Part shown: in pieces, positions 13,311-25,832 of the stretch
How the letters are laid out: each line of letters opens with the position of its first letter
Position numbering within the stretch: position 1 is the first letter of the stretch
Assembly: GCF_030028105.1 (NCBI RefSeq)
Contig: NC_092387.1
Location: 37,209,590-37,273,589, forward strand
Reading direction: 5' to 3'
Length of the DNA: 64,000 nt
From: Mobula birostris
Taxonomy: Eukaryota
The notes under the pieces: generated by a model
Told to the model about the DNA's origin: nothing
What the model saw: only the letters and a program-made list of their open reading frames with translations
The model's database searches: none
Translations under genes and position numbers: made by a program

Positions 13311-14130
13311 TGGAGAGTGAACAATATGAGAAAGGGAAGGAGGAGGGGACGCAGGTGAAGTAATAGGCAGGTGAGAAGAAGAGAAAGGTCTGAGTAAGGT
13401 GGGTTGGAATTTGTTCAACGGAAGGAGAAAACAATATTCATGCCATCAGGTTGGAGGGTACCCAAACAAAATATAAGGTTTTGTTTCTCCACCCTGAGGG
13501 TGGCCTCATCTTGGTACAAGAAAGGAGGCCATGGATCAACACATCGGAATGGGAATGGGAATGGGAGTTAAAATGCTTGGCCATCAGGAAGTCCCGCTTG
13601 TGGTGGATGGTGCAGAGGTGTTTGACGAAGCGGTCCCCCAATTTACAACGGGTCTAATGCATTTAAATACATTCACTGGGAGTAGAAAATAATTATGTGT
13701 TTGCTAATGACTCTTAATGATCCAAGAGGAGAGGTGATTCAGTGTAGCTATCAAGAAAAATTAACATATGTCATTAGATATAAAGACTTAAAAGTTACCA
13801 AACAAACACAATAAGCCTGAGAACTGGGGATAGGTCAGACCCTTGTAATAGAGTACCAAGTGAAATGGATAGTAGAAAACAAGAACATGTTGACAGGAAA
13901 TGTAAAAAGAGATTGTGAGATCTTCCACAGGTACATAACAAGAAAAAAGATTAGCAAAGGGTGGGTCTATTACAGACTAAGAGCTAAGAAAATTTAATGA
14001 GAAATTAAGCAAATATTTTGTGTTTATCTTTCACATTAGAAAGCACAGATAGCCTCCTGGAATTAATATTGGAAAAATTAAGGAGACCTGCATCTTAAGA
14101 GTTTTGAAGTAGGCAATTATGGAGGTTCAC

Positions 14131-14918
14131 AAACATGAGAAAATCTGCAGATGCCTGAAATCCAAGTAACACACACGAAACACAAAACGCTAGAGGAACT
14201 CTGCAGGGCAGGCAGCATCCATGGAAAAGAGGACAGGCGATGTTTTGGGCCGAGACCCTTCAGCAGGACTGGAGAAAAGAAGATGAGGAGTAGATTTAAA
14301 AGGTGGGGGGTGGAGGAGTGGAGGGAGAAACACAAGGTGATAGGTGAAACTGGGAGGGGTAATGACTCCCCCTCCTTCACCATTCCCCATCCACTTCTCC
14401 CTTTCTCACCTTATCTCCTTGCCTGCTCATTACCTCCCTCTGGTACTCCTCCCGCCCTTTGCTTTCTTCCATGGCTTTCTGTCCTCTCCTGTTAGATTCC
14501 CCTTCTCTAGCCCTGTAGCTCTTTCACTAATCAACCTCCCAGCTCTTTACTTCACCCCTCCCTCTGCCGGTTTCATCCATCACCTTGTGTTTCTCTCTCC
14601 CCTCCCAGGGGAAGGGGGAATCTGATAGGAGAGGCCAGAGGCTATGAAAGAAAGGGAAGGGGGAAGGGCACCAGAGGGAGGTAATAGGCAGGTGAGGAGA
14701 TGAGGTGAGTGAGGGAAATGGAAATGGGGAACGATAAGGGGGGGGAAGGAGTTCAAGAAATTGATCGATGTTTATGCCATCAGGTTGGAAGCTACCCAAA
14801 GGGAATATAAGGTGTTGCTCCTCCAACTTGAATGTGGCCTCATTGCGGCAGTAGAGGAGGGCATAGACTGACATGTTGGAATGGGAATGGGAAGTAGAAT
14901 TGAAATGGGTGGTATCTA
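14131..14918. mobile_element. Penelope-like element pieces in alternating orientation (-/+/-)
   Basis: pLTR on - (14131-14362), 3' UTR on + (about 14363-14605), then 3' UTR and GIY-YIG on - (THFNSTSHSHSNMSVYALLYCRNEATFKLEEQHLIF). Confidence 0.8.
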
Positions 14919-14929
14919 CGGAGGTTGGT

Positions 14930-16230
14930 GCACTGGTTGTCATCTTCCAAATTTTCTTAAGTTCCAGAATGATTTCCACAGAGTGGACGGTAGAAAGCAT
15001 AACCATACAACAGGGAAGACTATTATGAAGGAAGTAGTAACTAAGCACTTGGGAAGTAATAAGATTGGAAAAAGTAAATATGGATTAATGATAGGGAAAT
15101 CATACATACTGAAACAGTTGAAATTTTTTGAGGTTGTGACTGCCAGAATAAACAAGGGCTATTGAACTTCCAAAAGCCCTTTGACAAGGTCACTTGAGAG
15201 ATTATTAGACAAAACAAGAAGGCAAAGTATGAGGGTGGGGGGTAGTAAAGACTGATGTGGATTAAGGATTAGTTTGTAGATCTCAAGTAGAGGAAAAAGA
15301 CAAGTCAGTTTTGGATTGCCAGTTGGTGACCAGTCGGTGCTGTGGCCCCAGCTGTTGACACAGATGTTGAGAATAGATCATGTGCAATACACTGTATGTA
15401 AATTGCCTGATAGTAAAAAGCTATGTGGCAGCATGGTTTATGAGAATGATGCAGAGGCTTCAGAGAGAGAGAGAGAGATTTAATGAATGGGGAAGAACTA
15501 ACTGACTATTTTGAAGGAAATTGTGAGGTTATCTACCTTGGTAGAAAAAAAATTAATTTAGATGGTGAGAAATTGAAAAGAGTTGGTGCTCTGTGAGATG
15601 GATGAATGTGAATAAACAGGTTCAGAAAGTGAATAGAAAGGCAAGCCGTATAATGTCCTTTATTGCAAGAGATTTTAGGTTTAAGAGGAAAGATGTCGAA
15701 TTATATTGTGTCCAGGTAAGCTCAATGGGTTTGCCATATGAGTGGACATTAAGCAGATTTGAGCAAGGGCCATAGTTTCAGAACAAGGGATAGGCCATTC
15801 CATGACTAAATGTGAAAGAATTTCTTCAGTCAGATGGTGGTGATGGAAATTGTGGACATGCTAAAAGTCAGACATGACAGAAATCTCAGAGGTTATCAAG
15901 GTGAGTGAAATGATGAAGGGGTTTGAAATCTGGTTGAGAATCCCTATTGGGATCTGTGGCTGTGACTGCAATTAGTTGCAAACCATGAATATTAACTACT
16001 TGCGGAAAGAGGAAAATGTGAGACTTTCCACTTTCATTGTAAAAGCAGAAGTGCTGAGTATTTCTAAATGACTAGAGGTTGGGAGATATGACGTTCGTAT
16101 TGACCTGGGGATACTTGTACTCAGTTCTGAAAGCAAGGAGCAATTACGAAGAGATTACTTGCTTTAATTACAATATGGTGTGAGTACAAGACTAAGGATG
16201 CCTTGCTGGTTATACAGGCCTTTGTGAGCA
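14930..16230 (+). mobile_element. Old degenerate CR1 LINE ORF2 pieces
   Basis: Remnants SKYGLMIGKSY..QLKFFEVVT and KASRIMSFIAR. Further pieces at about 13740-14110. Confidence 0.6.
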
Positions 16231-16579
16231 ACTCCATTAAGAACTTCTCAAAAAATAAGCATCCCATGCCTGCAAGCAGCAAACCTAAACAACGTTCAAA
16301 TATTAACTAAGTGGCAAGCAGCGTTCATGCCATAATTGTGCCAGGCAAAGACCATTTCCAACAAGGTCTAATCATCTTCTCCTGGACATTACGAACACTT
16401 ACTCCTGCACCATCAACATCCTGGGAGTGACCAACAGCACCAACTACATAAATATCGTAGCTAAATGAGTAAGTCAATGGGTGAGTATACTGTGGTGAGT
16501 GATTCACCTCCTGACAATTCAGTCTTTACACTATCCATAAAGTACATTTCTGATACAAAACTCTTGAGTTGCATATAAG

Positions 16580-17935
16580 AATCAGAATCAAGTTTATTAT
16601 CACTGACATATGTTGTGAAACTTGATGTTTTGCAGCAGTGTAGTGCGATACATTTAAAAAATTACTGTAAGTTACAATAAGAAATATGTAAAGCAAAAAG
16701 CAAGATAGTGTTCATGAATTCAAGATCCATTTGCAAATCCGATGGTGGAGGAGAAGAAGCGGTTCCTAAAACATTGATTATATGTCTTCAGGCTCCTGTA
16801 CCTCCTCCCTAATGGTAGCAATCAGAAGAGGGCATGTCCTGGAAGATGACCATCTTTAATTATGGAAACCACCCCTTTGAGGCATCGTCTATTGAAAATG
16901 TCCTCATTGGTGTAGAGGTCAGAGTCTATGATGGAGACGGTTGAGTTTACAACTCCCTGCAGACCTTTCTGATCACATGCATTGGCACTTCCATACAAAA
17001 CTGTGATGTAACCAGTCTGAAATCTCCAGGGTACATCTGTAGAAATTTGCTGGAGTCTTCGGTGACATACCAAATCTCCTCGAACCCCTAATAAATTATA
17101 GCCTCTAGCCTGCCTTCCTCAAAACTGCATCAATATGTTGGCCCTAGGATAAAACCTTAGAAATGTTGACACCCAGGAACTTGAAGCTGTTCATCCTTTC
17201 CACTGCTGGTCCCTTGACGAGAACTGGTAAGCCTCCTGACTTCCCGTTCTGAAGTCCATGATTAATTCCTTGGTCTTACTGACATTGACTGCAAGGTTGT
17301 TGTTGCAGCAGCAATCAACCAGCCAACCTATCTCACTCCTGTGTGCTTTCATGTCACCACTTAGATTCTGCCAGCAACTGTGGTGTCATCGGCAAATTTA
17401 CAGTTGGTATTTGAGCTGTGCTGAGCCACACAGTGATGACTAGAGAGATTAGAGCAGTAGGCTAAGCATGCGTCCTTGAGGTGCACCTGCATTGATTGTC
17501 AGTGAGAGGAGATATTATTTCTGATCCAGATTGACTGTGGTCTTGTGATAAGGAAGTCAAGGATCCAGTTGCAGAGGGAGGTACAAAGGCCTATGTTTTG
17601 AAGTTTGGCAATTAGTAGTGAGGGGATGATGGTGTTGAATGCTGAGTTGAAATCATTAAAGAGCAGCTTGATGCAGGTATTGTTGCTGTCCAGAAGGTCA
17701 AAGGCCAAGTGGAGAGCCAGTGAGATTGCATCTACTGTAGACCTATTGTGGTGGTAGGTAATTTACAGTGGGTCCAGGTTTGGGCCTAGTCAAAGGTTAG
17801 TCATGACCCAGTTGTCAAACCAAATCATTGGAGTATAACAGTAGATGTGAGTGCTACTGGGCAATAGACACTGAGGCAGCTAATCCTGGTCTTCTTGGGC
17901 ACTGGTATAATTGATGCGCATTTGAAGCAGGTGAA
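16580..17935 (-). mobile_element. Rex1/Babar-type LINE, degenerate
   Basis: Translation [40 protein letters not shown], with an (agaatc)n tail at about 16580. Confidence 0.8.
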
Positions 17936-18112
17936 AAGATTAAAGCAGCTCCAACACTGTCAAGAAGCTCAACATTTTCTAGAGTAAACCAGTCATACTT
18001 GACTGGCAGCCTACTCACCACCTAACATTCATTCCTTCTGCCACTGGTGCATAGTAGCCACAGGGTGTACCATTTACAAAATTCAGTGCAGTTATTCAGC
18101 TAAGCTATCAAT

Positions 18113-18810
18113 AGATTTCAATAGGTACGTTTAATGTCGGAGAAATATATACAATATACATCCTGAAATTCTTTTTCTTCACAAGCATCCAAGAAAACAG
18201 AGTACCCCAAAGAATGAATAACAGTTAAATGTTAGAACCCCAAAGCCCCCCCAACTCCCCCTCCCACACATAAGCAGCAACAAAGCAACAACCCCCCACT
18301 CCCCTACAAGCAAAAAAGCATCTGCATCCTTCATTGAGCACTCCAGTGTGCAGCAAAGCATCAGTAAAGACACAGACTTGCAGTACTCCAAAGGCTACTC
18401 ATTCACCCAGTAATTCGACATACCATAGGCTCTCTCTCTCCCTAATAAGGGAAAAAGAGATGTCTCCATTTCACAGTGAGAGGGGAGACATAACAAAACA
18501 ACTCACTGATTTATGGTGTTAAAAGTCTGTTGCGTCACTTTTTCCAAGCTCTGTGCCCAAAGAACTTGGGTCTCTGGGCACACAGCCAGCCGCCAGCTAG
18601 CTGCTTTTGATTGTCCGTGTACTCCCATGACACATCAGGTGGTGGTACCGGCCTCGAATCAGCCCGTCTCCAGAGCCATGAAAATCCAGCACCCTGAAGG
18701 CGCACTAGTCTTCCAGGCTGCATCCTGATTGCATCTTCTAAATGTGCAAGCTCTGTCACCCAAAGGAACGAGGAGAGCAGGCACATAGGAATAACACTAC
18801 CTGTAAATTT
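18113..18810 (-). mobile_element. LINE 3' UTR-like insertion, family uncertain
   Basis: Starts with a tttaatgtc polyA-signal-like end and interrupts an older LINE relic (17950-18110, 18830-19015). Similar in style to the inserts at 20495-20870 and 33680-34110. Confidence 0.45.
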
Positions 18811-19559
18811 CTTTCCTTGTTGCATTCCATTCTCATTTGGAAATATATTGCCAGTTATTTATCATTATTGAGTCAAAATCCTGGAAATCCCTACAAAACA
18901 CTACTGTGAGAGTGCCTTCAGCAAAGAGACTGCAACAGTTCAAGAAAGCACATCACCAACACCTTCTCAAGTGTAAATAGGGATGGACAATAAATGCTAG
19001 CCTCTCTAGTGACATAGAAAAAATAAATAGATGTATAAATAAACTGATAATAAATGAATAAGTGTTGAGATGATTAAATAACCAAATCAGCAATTAAATA
19101 AATACATAAGTGTGCTTTTAGAATTTCTATTTCAAAGCATGGAATCAACAATGGATATTGAAGCAGCTCAAAGTGATGCAGTTTAGAACTGAGCATGGGA
19201 GTTTTGTATCAGTTTAAGCTTTTGGAAGCTGAAAAGTTGAGAAGTTAGCATGAAGATACAGTGAGGCTGCAGATCCTGTGCAGTCAGTTTTATTGTTCTT
19301 CCATTCATTTTTGTAATGTCAATATAATGGGGTCAAAAGTCCACCAAATTATGTGGATGCAGGCCAGTCTCTGGGAACAATTATGAAGAGCCCTGGCATT
19401 ATTCAATGCACATGTTGAATGCTAGCGCTGAAATCCTAGACACCAGCAGTTAAGAAAGAGACACTAACAACCTGGTATATACCTGGTTCTATTCTGCCCC
19501 AGATAAAGTATCCTTATACATGGAGGTGGCCATCTAGGATTTGGTTTATTAGGGAGGCA

Positions 19560-20480
19560 GTATGGATTATTTCCTTCCACAGATGATATCTGATCCAATG
19601 AATTCCTCCAGCATTTTTATTTTGGTCCAGGGAATAGCTTCTGCAATCTCTTGTATATTCATTTTACTACCACCGTGAAGTCTCTTCAAGACATGCCTAT
19701 TTTGAAGACGTCTTCCCCCTCTCTTTGATATGAGTTCTATGAGACACTTTTTCCACTAGTGCCACTCTGTGGTTTCTACTGTTCTCTGCCCTATGTTTTC
19801 ACCTAGACTCACATGTCTTTCCTTGGGGATTGTCTTCACCTTTATAACTCCCAGTTCCATTTCCTACACGCACCCCCCAGTTCATTCCCAGCCAAGGTCT
19901 CAAGTATTTACACTCCATTCATCATTTCTCTCAGTGGTCTTCCCTCTGTGTCTTATGTTGTACCCTCTCAGCCACGTGTCAGTAACTTCTGCCCCTTCCT
20001 TTTTTTCTCTCTCGAATGTGTCATAGACATCCATCACCCCTGTCCCTTTCTCTCTCCTTCTGATCTACACACCCCCTCCCTAGCCCCCATCACTCAATTT
20101 CTTTCTTCCCCTCCACATCTGCCCATCACCCACACCCTTCTTCGCTGGTTCCACTTTCCGCACTGCTCTCATTTGCTCTCTCCCCTTATTTGGTTCCATG
20201 CCTCACCTCCCTTTCCTATCAGATTCCATCATCTGCAGCCCTTTGTTGTCTTTGCCTATCACCTGCCAGCCTCTGTCACTATTTCCACCTTTCCCTTGTC
20301 CATCTGTCAATCTCCTCTGCTCACACAAATCCTCTATCACATGTCAGCTCTTGCTACACCTCTTCCCCCCCTTCACCACCTCTTTCTCTTCTTTCCACTC
20401 TTTCAGTCTGGATGAAGAGCCTCACCTGGAAATATGGACCCTCCACAAATGTTACCTGATCCACTGAGCTCCTCCAACAG
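19560..20480 (+). mobile_element. Old Penelope-like pLTR/3' UTR relics
   Basis: Pyrimidine-rich tract with cctatcagattccatcatctgcagccc and a decayed hammerhead-like segment at about 20404-20440. Confidence 0.55.
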
Positions 20481-21075
20481 TTTTTTTTCCCAAAGTCAAT
20501 GTACATTTTATTATCAGAATATATTTAAGTTACACAACCTTGAGATTTGTTTGCTTACAGGTAGCCACAAAGCAAGAATCCTGAAAAAACCTAATTAAGG
20601 AAATAAAAATAAAAGACCAACATCCGACGTGCAAGAGAAAGGGAAAAAATACACAAATCATGAAACAATTGTAGCAAACAACAACATTCCGAATCGAATT
20701 GAGTCCTCAGATCTGAACCCCGGAGCAGCCCAGAGTAGGCCCAAAGCCTCACTTATCAATTCATCATATTAGCGGGCACAGAGCACAGCAGCCAGGGCAG
20801 CCTTCATAACCTCAGCACCATGGAGGGAGGGAGGAATGAGCAAAATCGGCCCTTGCCTCGGATCCCAACAGATTTTTGCTTCAGATTTCTCCATTTGCAT
20901 TTTCTTGTGTCTCCCGGTAGGTTATAGGAGGTTCTGGGGAGAACAACACAATATGCTCAGTATTTCTACAACAGCACAAAATGAGTGCCTTCCGCCTCAC
21001 AGACTGTCCACATAAAACACACATAAAAGTTGCTGGTGAATGCAGCAGGCCAGGCAGCATCTCCAGGAAGAGGTG

Positions 21076-21113
21076 CAGTCGATGTTTCAGGCCGAGACCC
21101 TTCGTCAGGACTA
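21076..21113 (-). ncRNA. Minimal hammerhead ribozyme motif (PLE pLTR)
   Basis: tagtc-CTGACGA-agggtctcggcct-GAAA-catc-gactg on the minus strand. Confidence 0.75.
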
Positions 21114-22097
21114 ACTGAAGGAAGAGTGAGTAAGGGATTTGAAAGTTGGAGGGGGAGGGGGAGATCCAAAATGATAGGAGAAGACAGGAGGGGGAGGGAT
21201 GGAGCCAAGAGCTGGACAGGTGATAGGCAAAAGGGATAAGAGAGGATCATGGGACAGGAGGTCCGGGAAGAAAGACAAGGTGGGGGGGAACCCAGAGGAT
21301 GGGCAAGGGGTATATTCAGAGGGACAGAGGGAGAAAAAGGAGAGTGAGAGGAAGAACGTGTGTATAAAAATAAGTAACAGATGGGGTACGAGGGGGAGGT
21401 GGGGCATTAGCGGAAGTTAGAGAAGTCGATGTTCATGCCATCAGGTTGGAGGCTACCCAGACGGAATATAAGGTGTTGTTCCTCCAACCTGAGTGTGGCT
21501 TCATCTTTACAGTAGATATACTGCGTCCGGTACTCCCGATGTGGCCTTTTATATATTGGCGAGACCCGACGCAGACTGGGAGACCGCTTTGCTGAACACC
21601 TACGCTCTGTGCGCCAGAGAAAGCAGGATCTCCCAGTGGCCACACATTTTAATTCCACATCTCATTCCCATTCTGACATGTCTATCCACGGCCTCCTCTA
21701 CTGTAAAGATGAAGCCACACTCAGGTTGGAGGAACAACATCTTATATTCCGTCTGGGTAGCCTCCAACCTGATGGCATGAACATCGACTTCTCTAACTTC
21801 CGCTAATGCCCCACCTCCCCCTCGTACCCCATCTGTTACTTATTTTTATACACACATTCTTTCTCTCACTCTCCTTTTTCTCCCTCTGTCCCTCTGAATA
21901 TACCCCTTGCCCATCCTCTGGTTCCCCCCCCCTTGTCTTTCTTCCCGGACCTCCTGTCCCATGATCCTCTCTTATCCCTTTTGCCTATCACCTGTCCAGC
22001 TCTTGGCTCTATCCCTCCCCCTCCTGTCTTCTCCTATCATTTTGGATCTCCCCCTCCCCCTCCAACTTTCAAATCCTTTACTCACTCTTCCTTCAGT

Positions 22098-22135
22098 TAG
22101 TCCTGACGAAGGGTCTCGGCCTGAAACATCGACTG
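22098..22135 (+). ncRNA. Minimal hammerhead ribozyme motif (PLE pLTR)
   Basis: tagtc-CTGACGA-agggtctcggcct-GAAA-catc-gactg on the plus strand. Confidence 0.75.
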
Positions 22136-22959
22136 CACCTCTTCCTAGAGATGCTGCCTGGCCTGCTGTGTTCACCAGCAACTTTTATGTGTGTTGCTTG
22201 AATTTCCAGCATCTGCAGAATTCCTGTTGTTTGACTGTCCATATAAGGCGTGTTTATGGGTGTCAACACACTGCACCCATTCAGTCACTTAGAAACTGTC
22301 AGAACAACCTCAGAGAATTGAGCAGTTGATATCATACTCTTAGTCACAATATTTGAGCTGAAGATTATCCACCAAATTGTGCAGTCTATCCCTGAAACAC
22401 ATGGTGATCACCAGAATAAGTCTGTGATTTGTACTCACAGGGTTATTCCAATGATCACTATGTCTTATTTATTGTTATGTGTGTACTTATAAATACTACA
22501 TTACTGTGTGTTACTTATATAATAACCAGTCTAAATATAACATTTCCAGAAACTATTCAGAGTATAAAATAGGGAATGTGATAAGGTTTGATAAAGTAAT
22601 CTCTCATCCTTGCCTTCAGGCCTTTTCTTTCCTAATCTCTATCATTTCTTCCAGCTCTACCATCCTTTCATTTAAGAAGTAAGTCTGGTGTCACATCCTT
22701 TCCCAAATCCAGTGCACCACTTGCAGCTGTGTCTTCAGCAGCAAAGGCCAGAAGCACCGGGATTCATCCCTTAAACCTCCCTGTGATTCTATCATTCTTT
22801 CCTGCTTAAAAAAAAATGCTCCTTAAAACTTTTGACCAAGCTCTTAGGTTGATCTTCCAACTTCAAAGTTGCTATTCAAATGAAAGCTTTGATTATCATA
22901 GCAGATCATGCTTTTTCCAAATCTGTACTTGACCATGCATAAATCACCACCGATCTTAC

Positions 22960-23119
22960 CTGATTATCTGTCACTATCCCAGAGTTTAGCTTGTCTAGGT
23001 CTTTAAATGGTGGCAAAATATCCGTACCGTGGTATTTATAATAAACAGAGAGCTGCTTCATGATGGTCTCGTAGCACTTCATGAAGACTGTATCATTTTC
23101 AGGATCGATATCTTTAAGG
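22960..23119 (-). CDS. Unnamed multi-EF-hand protein, coding exon D
   Basis: tttcgcag acceptor, CAG|gtaaga donor, 160 nt, phase 2 to 0. Reads (N)LKDIDPENDTVFMKCYETIMKQLSVYYKYHGTDILPPFKDLDKLNSGIVTDNQ, with an EF-loop-like DKLNSGIVT. Confidence 0.85.
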
Positions 23120-23383
23120 CTGCGAAATCAAGTAAAAATTAAACATGTAAAATGTTCACTCTGTGGTTGTAGTGTTTGAATTTGCTACAAATTTCCATTT
23201 GGGAGGAGACCTTATTCTCCTTTACTGGACTGAATGATGAAAGATTAAACCTAGCTAAAGGGTGATGTGATTCTAAATGGCTACAGGATGGTCTCTAGTT
23301 TGATGGATTGGTAATGGAGATATTTTATTTTTTATATCATAAGCACTGAATTAATGTTTATCATGGTGAGTGATTTTACTCAC

Positions 23384-23444
23384 TTTTCCAGCGCTTTCGT
23401 TATCTGAAGACTTGGGTCTTTGTCAATTTCATTTGGATTGAAAC
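23384..23444 (-). CDS. Unnamed multi-EF-hand protein, coding exon C
   Basis: ttttatccacag acceptor, AA|gtgagt donor, 61 nt, phase 1 to 2. Reads (R)FNPNEIDKDPSLQITKALE and is in phase with both neighbouring exons. Confidence 0.82.
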
Positions 23445-24445
23445 CTGTGGATAAAATAGATAAATTACTGCATGGATGTTCTCATTTACTTAGTTCCAGC
23501 GACCTTGAGTTTAAGTGCAGAGAATTTTCTGTCTGTAAATTAATGATCTACAGTACCCAGCTACAACACAGTAAAAACTTGTCTTTACATCTACTCTCTG
23601 TCAGCTTTTTCAGCCTTCTAAAAGTTATCTTTTTCACATTTTTATCTACTGACTTATTTAAATATCATGTTGCAATCACACCCTCCTGCGAGTGGTGGCG
23701 CTGTAGTCTCTCCATTTTATTCCTGTGTCCAAACCTAATCAACTCAGGGTCTCCATTACTAGTGTGGGTGTTATTAGTTAACAGTAAACAATAGTTAATT
23801 AACAGCTTGAGGAATGAATAAAAAGAAAATTAAATTGTGCTGGAAGTTGGTTGCCCTGTTTTCTTTTCTTTAACAATGTTGCCAGGATTGCAATAATATT
23901 GTAGGATTTTGTGAATAAAACATACAGTAGTCGTTGTATGTGCTTAACAAAAATGCGGCCCTTTACTTCCATTATGAACAAACCAAATGCAGTCACCTTA
24001 CACTGATGTCATTACGTCAGACACCGTCTCTTAAAGGGAACTCAACAACTCAGTGATGATGTTTGTGAATTATGTAGAACAGCTTCTATTATGAACTATA
24101 TGTGTCAGCCGTCACACACTATATTACCCTACAATGTAATAACTCCAAGGCTCCTTCTGTAAGTTTTAAATTTTGGACACTTTGAGTACGCATCCAACCA
24201 TCTCCAGTCCTCTAGAGTGAAATGAGATCCAGCACTGACAACCAGGGATTGATACAACTCATTGTCGTCTTCTCCTTGAATCATTTGCAATTTGGACAGG
24301 GAAGACTTTGTCTATTCATTTCTAGATTCAAATGTGACCTTGAATGGTATTAAAATCTCCTTTATTACTCCTTCCAGGGTAGTGGAGGTATAATTTGTCC
24401 ATCTGTGCTGATCAACCTATCCTTAACTAAGCTGTTCCACCGTGA

Positions 24446-24996
24446 AGGTCCTTTAACATCTGCCGGACGATGCTGAGGATGTTCTACGAGTCTGTGGTGG
24501 CCAGTGCTGTCATGTTTGCTGTTGTGTGCTGGGGCAGCAGGCTGAGGGTAGCAGACACCAACAGAATCAACAAACTTATCCGTAAGCCAGTGATGTTGTG
24601 GGGATGGAACTGGACTCTCTCACGGTGGTGTCTGAAAAGAGGATGCTGTCTAAGTTGCATGCCATCTTGGTCAATGTCTCCCATCCACTACATAATGTAC
24701 TGGATGGGCACAGGAGTACATTCAGCCAGAGACTCATTCCTCCAAGATGCAGCACAGAGTGTCATAGGAAGTCATTCCTGCCAGTGGCCATCAAACTTTA
24801 CAACTCCTCCCTTGGAGGGTCAGACACCCTGTGCCGATAGGCTGGTCCTGGACTTATTTCATAATTTACTGGCATAATTTACATATTACTATTTAACTAT
24901 TTATGGTTCTATTACTATTTATTATTTATGGTGCAACTGTAGCGGAAACCAATTTCCCCCTGGGGTCAATAAAGTATGACTATGACTATGACTATG
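24446..24996 (+). mobile_element. Young Rex1/Babar LINE 3' end with (GACTAT)n tail
   Basis: Translations MLRMFYESVVASAVMFAVVCWG and RCSTECHRKSFLPVAIKLYN, then aataaag and (tatgac)n. Same family as 57378-57660. Confidence 0.88.
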
Positions 24997-25832
24997 AACA
25001 CGATCTGTTATGAATCAACATGATGCTTTCAGATCAGGTCATGCATAGCACATACCTCCGCTGCACTGTTCTGGTGTGTTTCTGGGGTACAGGGGCTAGC
25101 GACCCTTGTGCCTGTTATCGCTGAGCAGCAGTGAACCATCTGATTGGCCTATCAGAGTTCACTTTGGGAACTAGTTGCCTTGATCAGCATTTCTGATCTG
25201 GCTATTGTTCACGATTGCACTTAATATTAAAAAAACTGGCTCTTGTGGCTAATGTGAAATGAATCCCCAATTCATTCTCTGTAGAAATATCCTTAATAGG
25301 GAGCAAATTGACAATCTGAAAAAGTCTATAGTACAGCTGAAATGGGAAATGATAAAGACATCATGGAAACTCTAGGCAGTTTCTACAGTAGGTTACATGG
25401 TTGGCACAACATTGTAGGCTGAAGGGCCTGTAATATGCTGTAGATTTCTACATTCTATGTTCCAAAGAAGGCTTGAAATAAAGACCGTGCTAGGGCAAAA
25501 TGGTGAAACAGCTGTCCTATATCTGGCCTAAGTAAAATTAATATGGAGAAGGAACTGGAATGTTTAAATGTCAGCATTCCTAGCGTAGATAATATTACAC
25601 ACTTTGAGATTTTGTGCTTCCAGTGCAGGACATATAATATGTTCAGTGAACTAAATTTCATAAATAGAGCTGAGCATGCAGCCATTTTTACAGTGCTCCT
25701 ACAGTTCATACATTCAAGAGCAAATTTCTATCTCCATTGTCCATAACTCTGCCCCATCCCACCCCCAAGCTTCTCCAACATCTACCCACAACTCTTCCCC
25801 CCCCCCGCCACCCCTAGGCAATCTTCACCTAC

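Larger units (their letters stand above)
11453..13655 (-). mobile_element. Penelope-like element fragment hosting two nested LINE insertions
   Basis: 16-bp TSD aatgcatttaaataca at 11437-11452 and 13656-13671. The pLTR is at 11453-11665 and the GIY-YIG remnant (GDRFVKHL...AKHFNSHSHSHSD) is at 13311-13655. Confidence 0.85.
21016..22232. mobile_element. Young Penelope-like element in inverted configuration (two ~500-bp arms)
   Basis: 21016-21516 is the reverse complement of 21697-22195. The GIY-YIG C-terminus (DLPVATHFNSTSHSHSDMSIHGLLYCKDEATLRLEEQHLIFRLGSLQPDGMNIDF) is present, with its last part in both arms. 14-bp TSD gactgtcca(c/t)ataa at 21002-21015 and 22233-22246. Confidence 0.92.

Noticed and set aside
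19769-20467. Several long Pro/Ser/Leu-rich ORFs (up to 200 aa)
   Set aside because: These are artefacts of pyrimidine-rich PLE 3' UTR sequence, which lacks stop codons.
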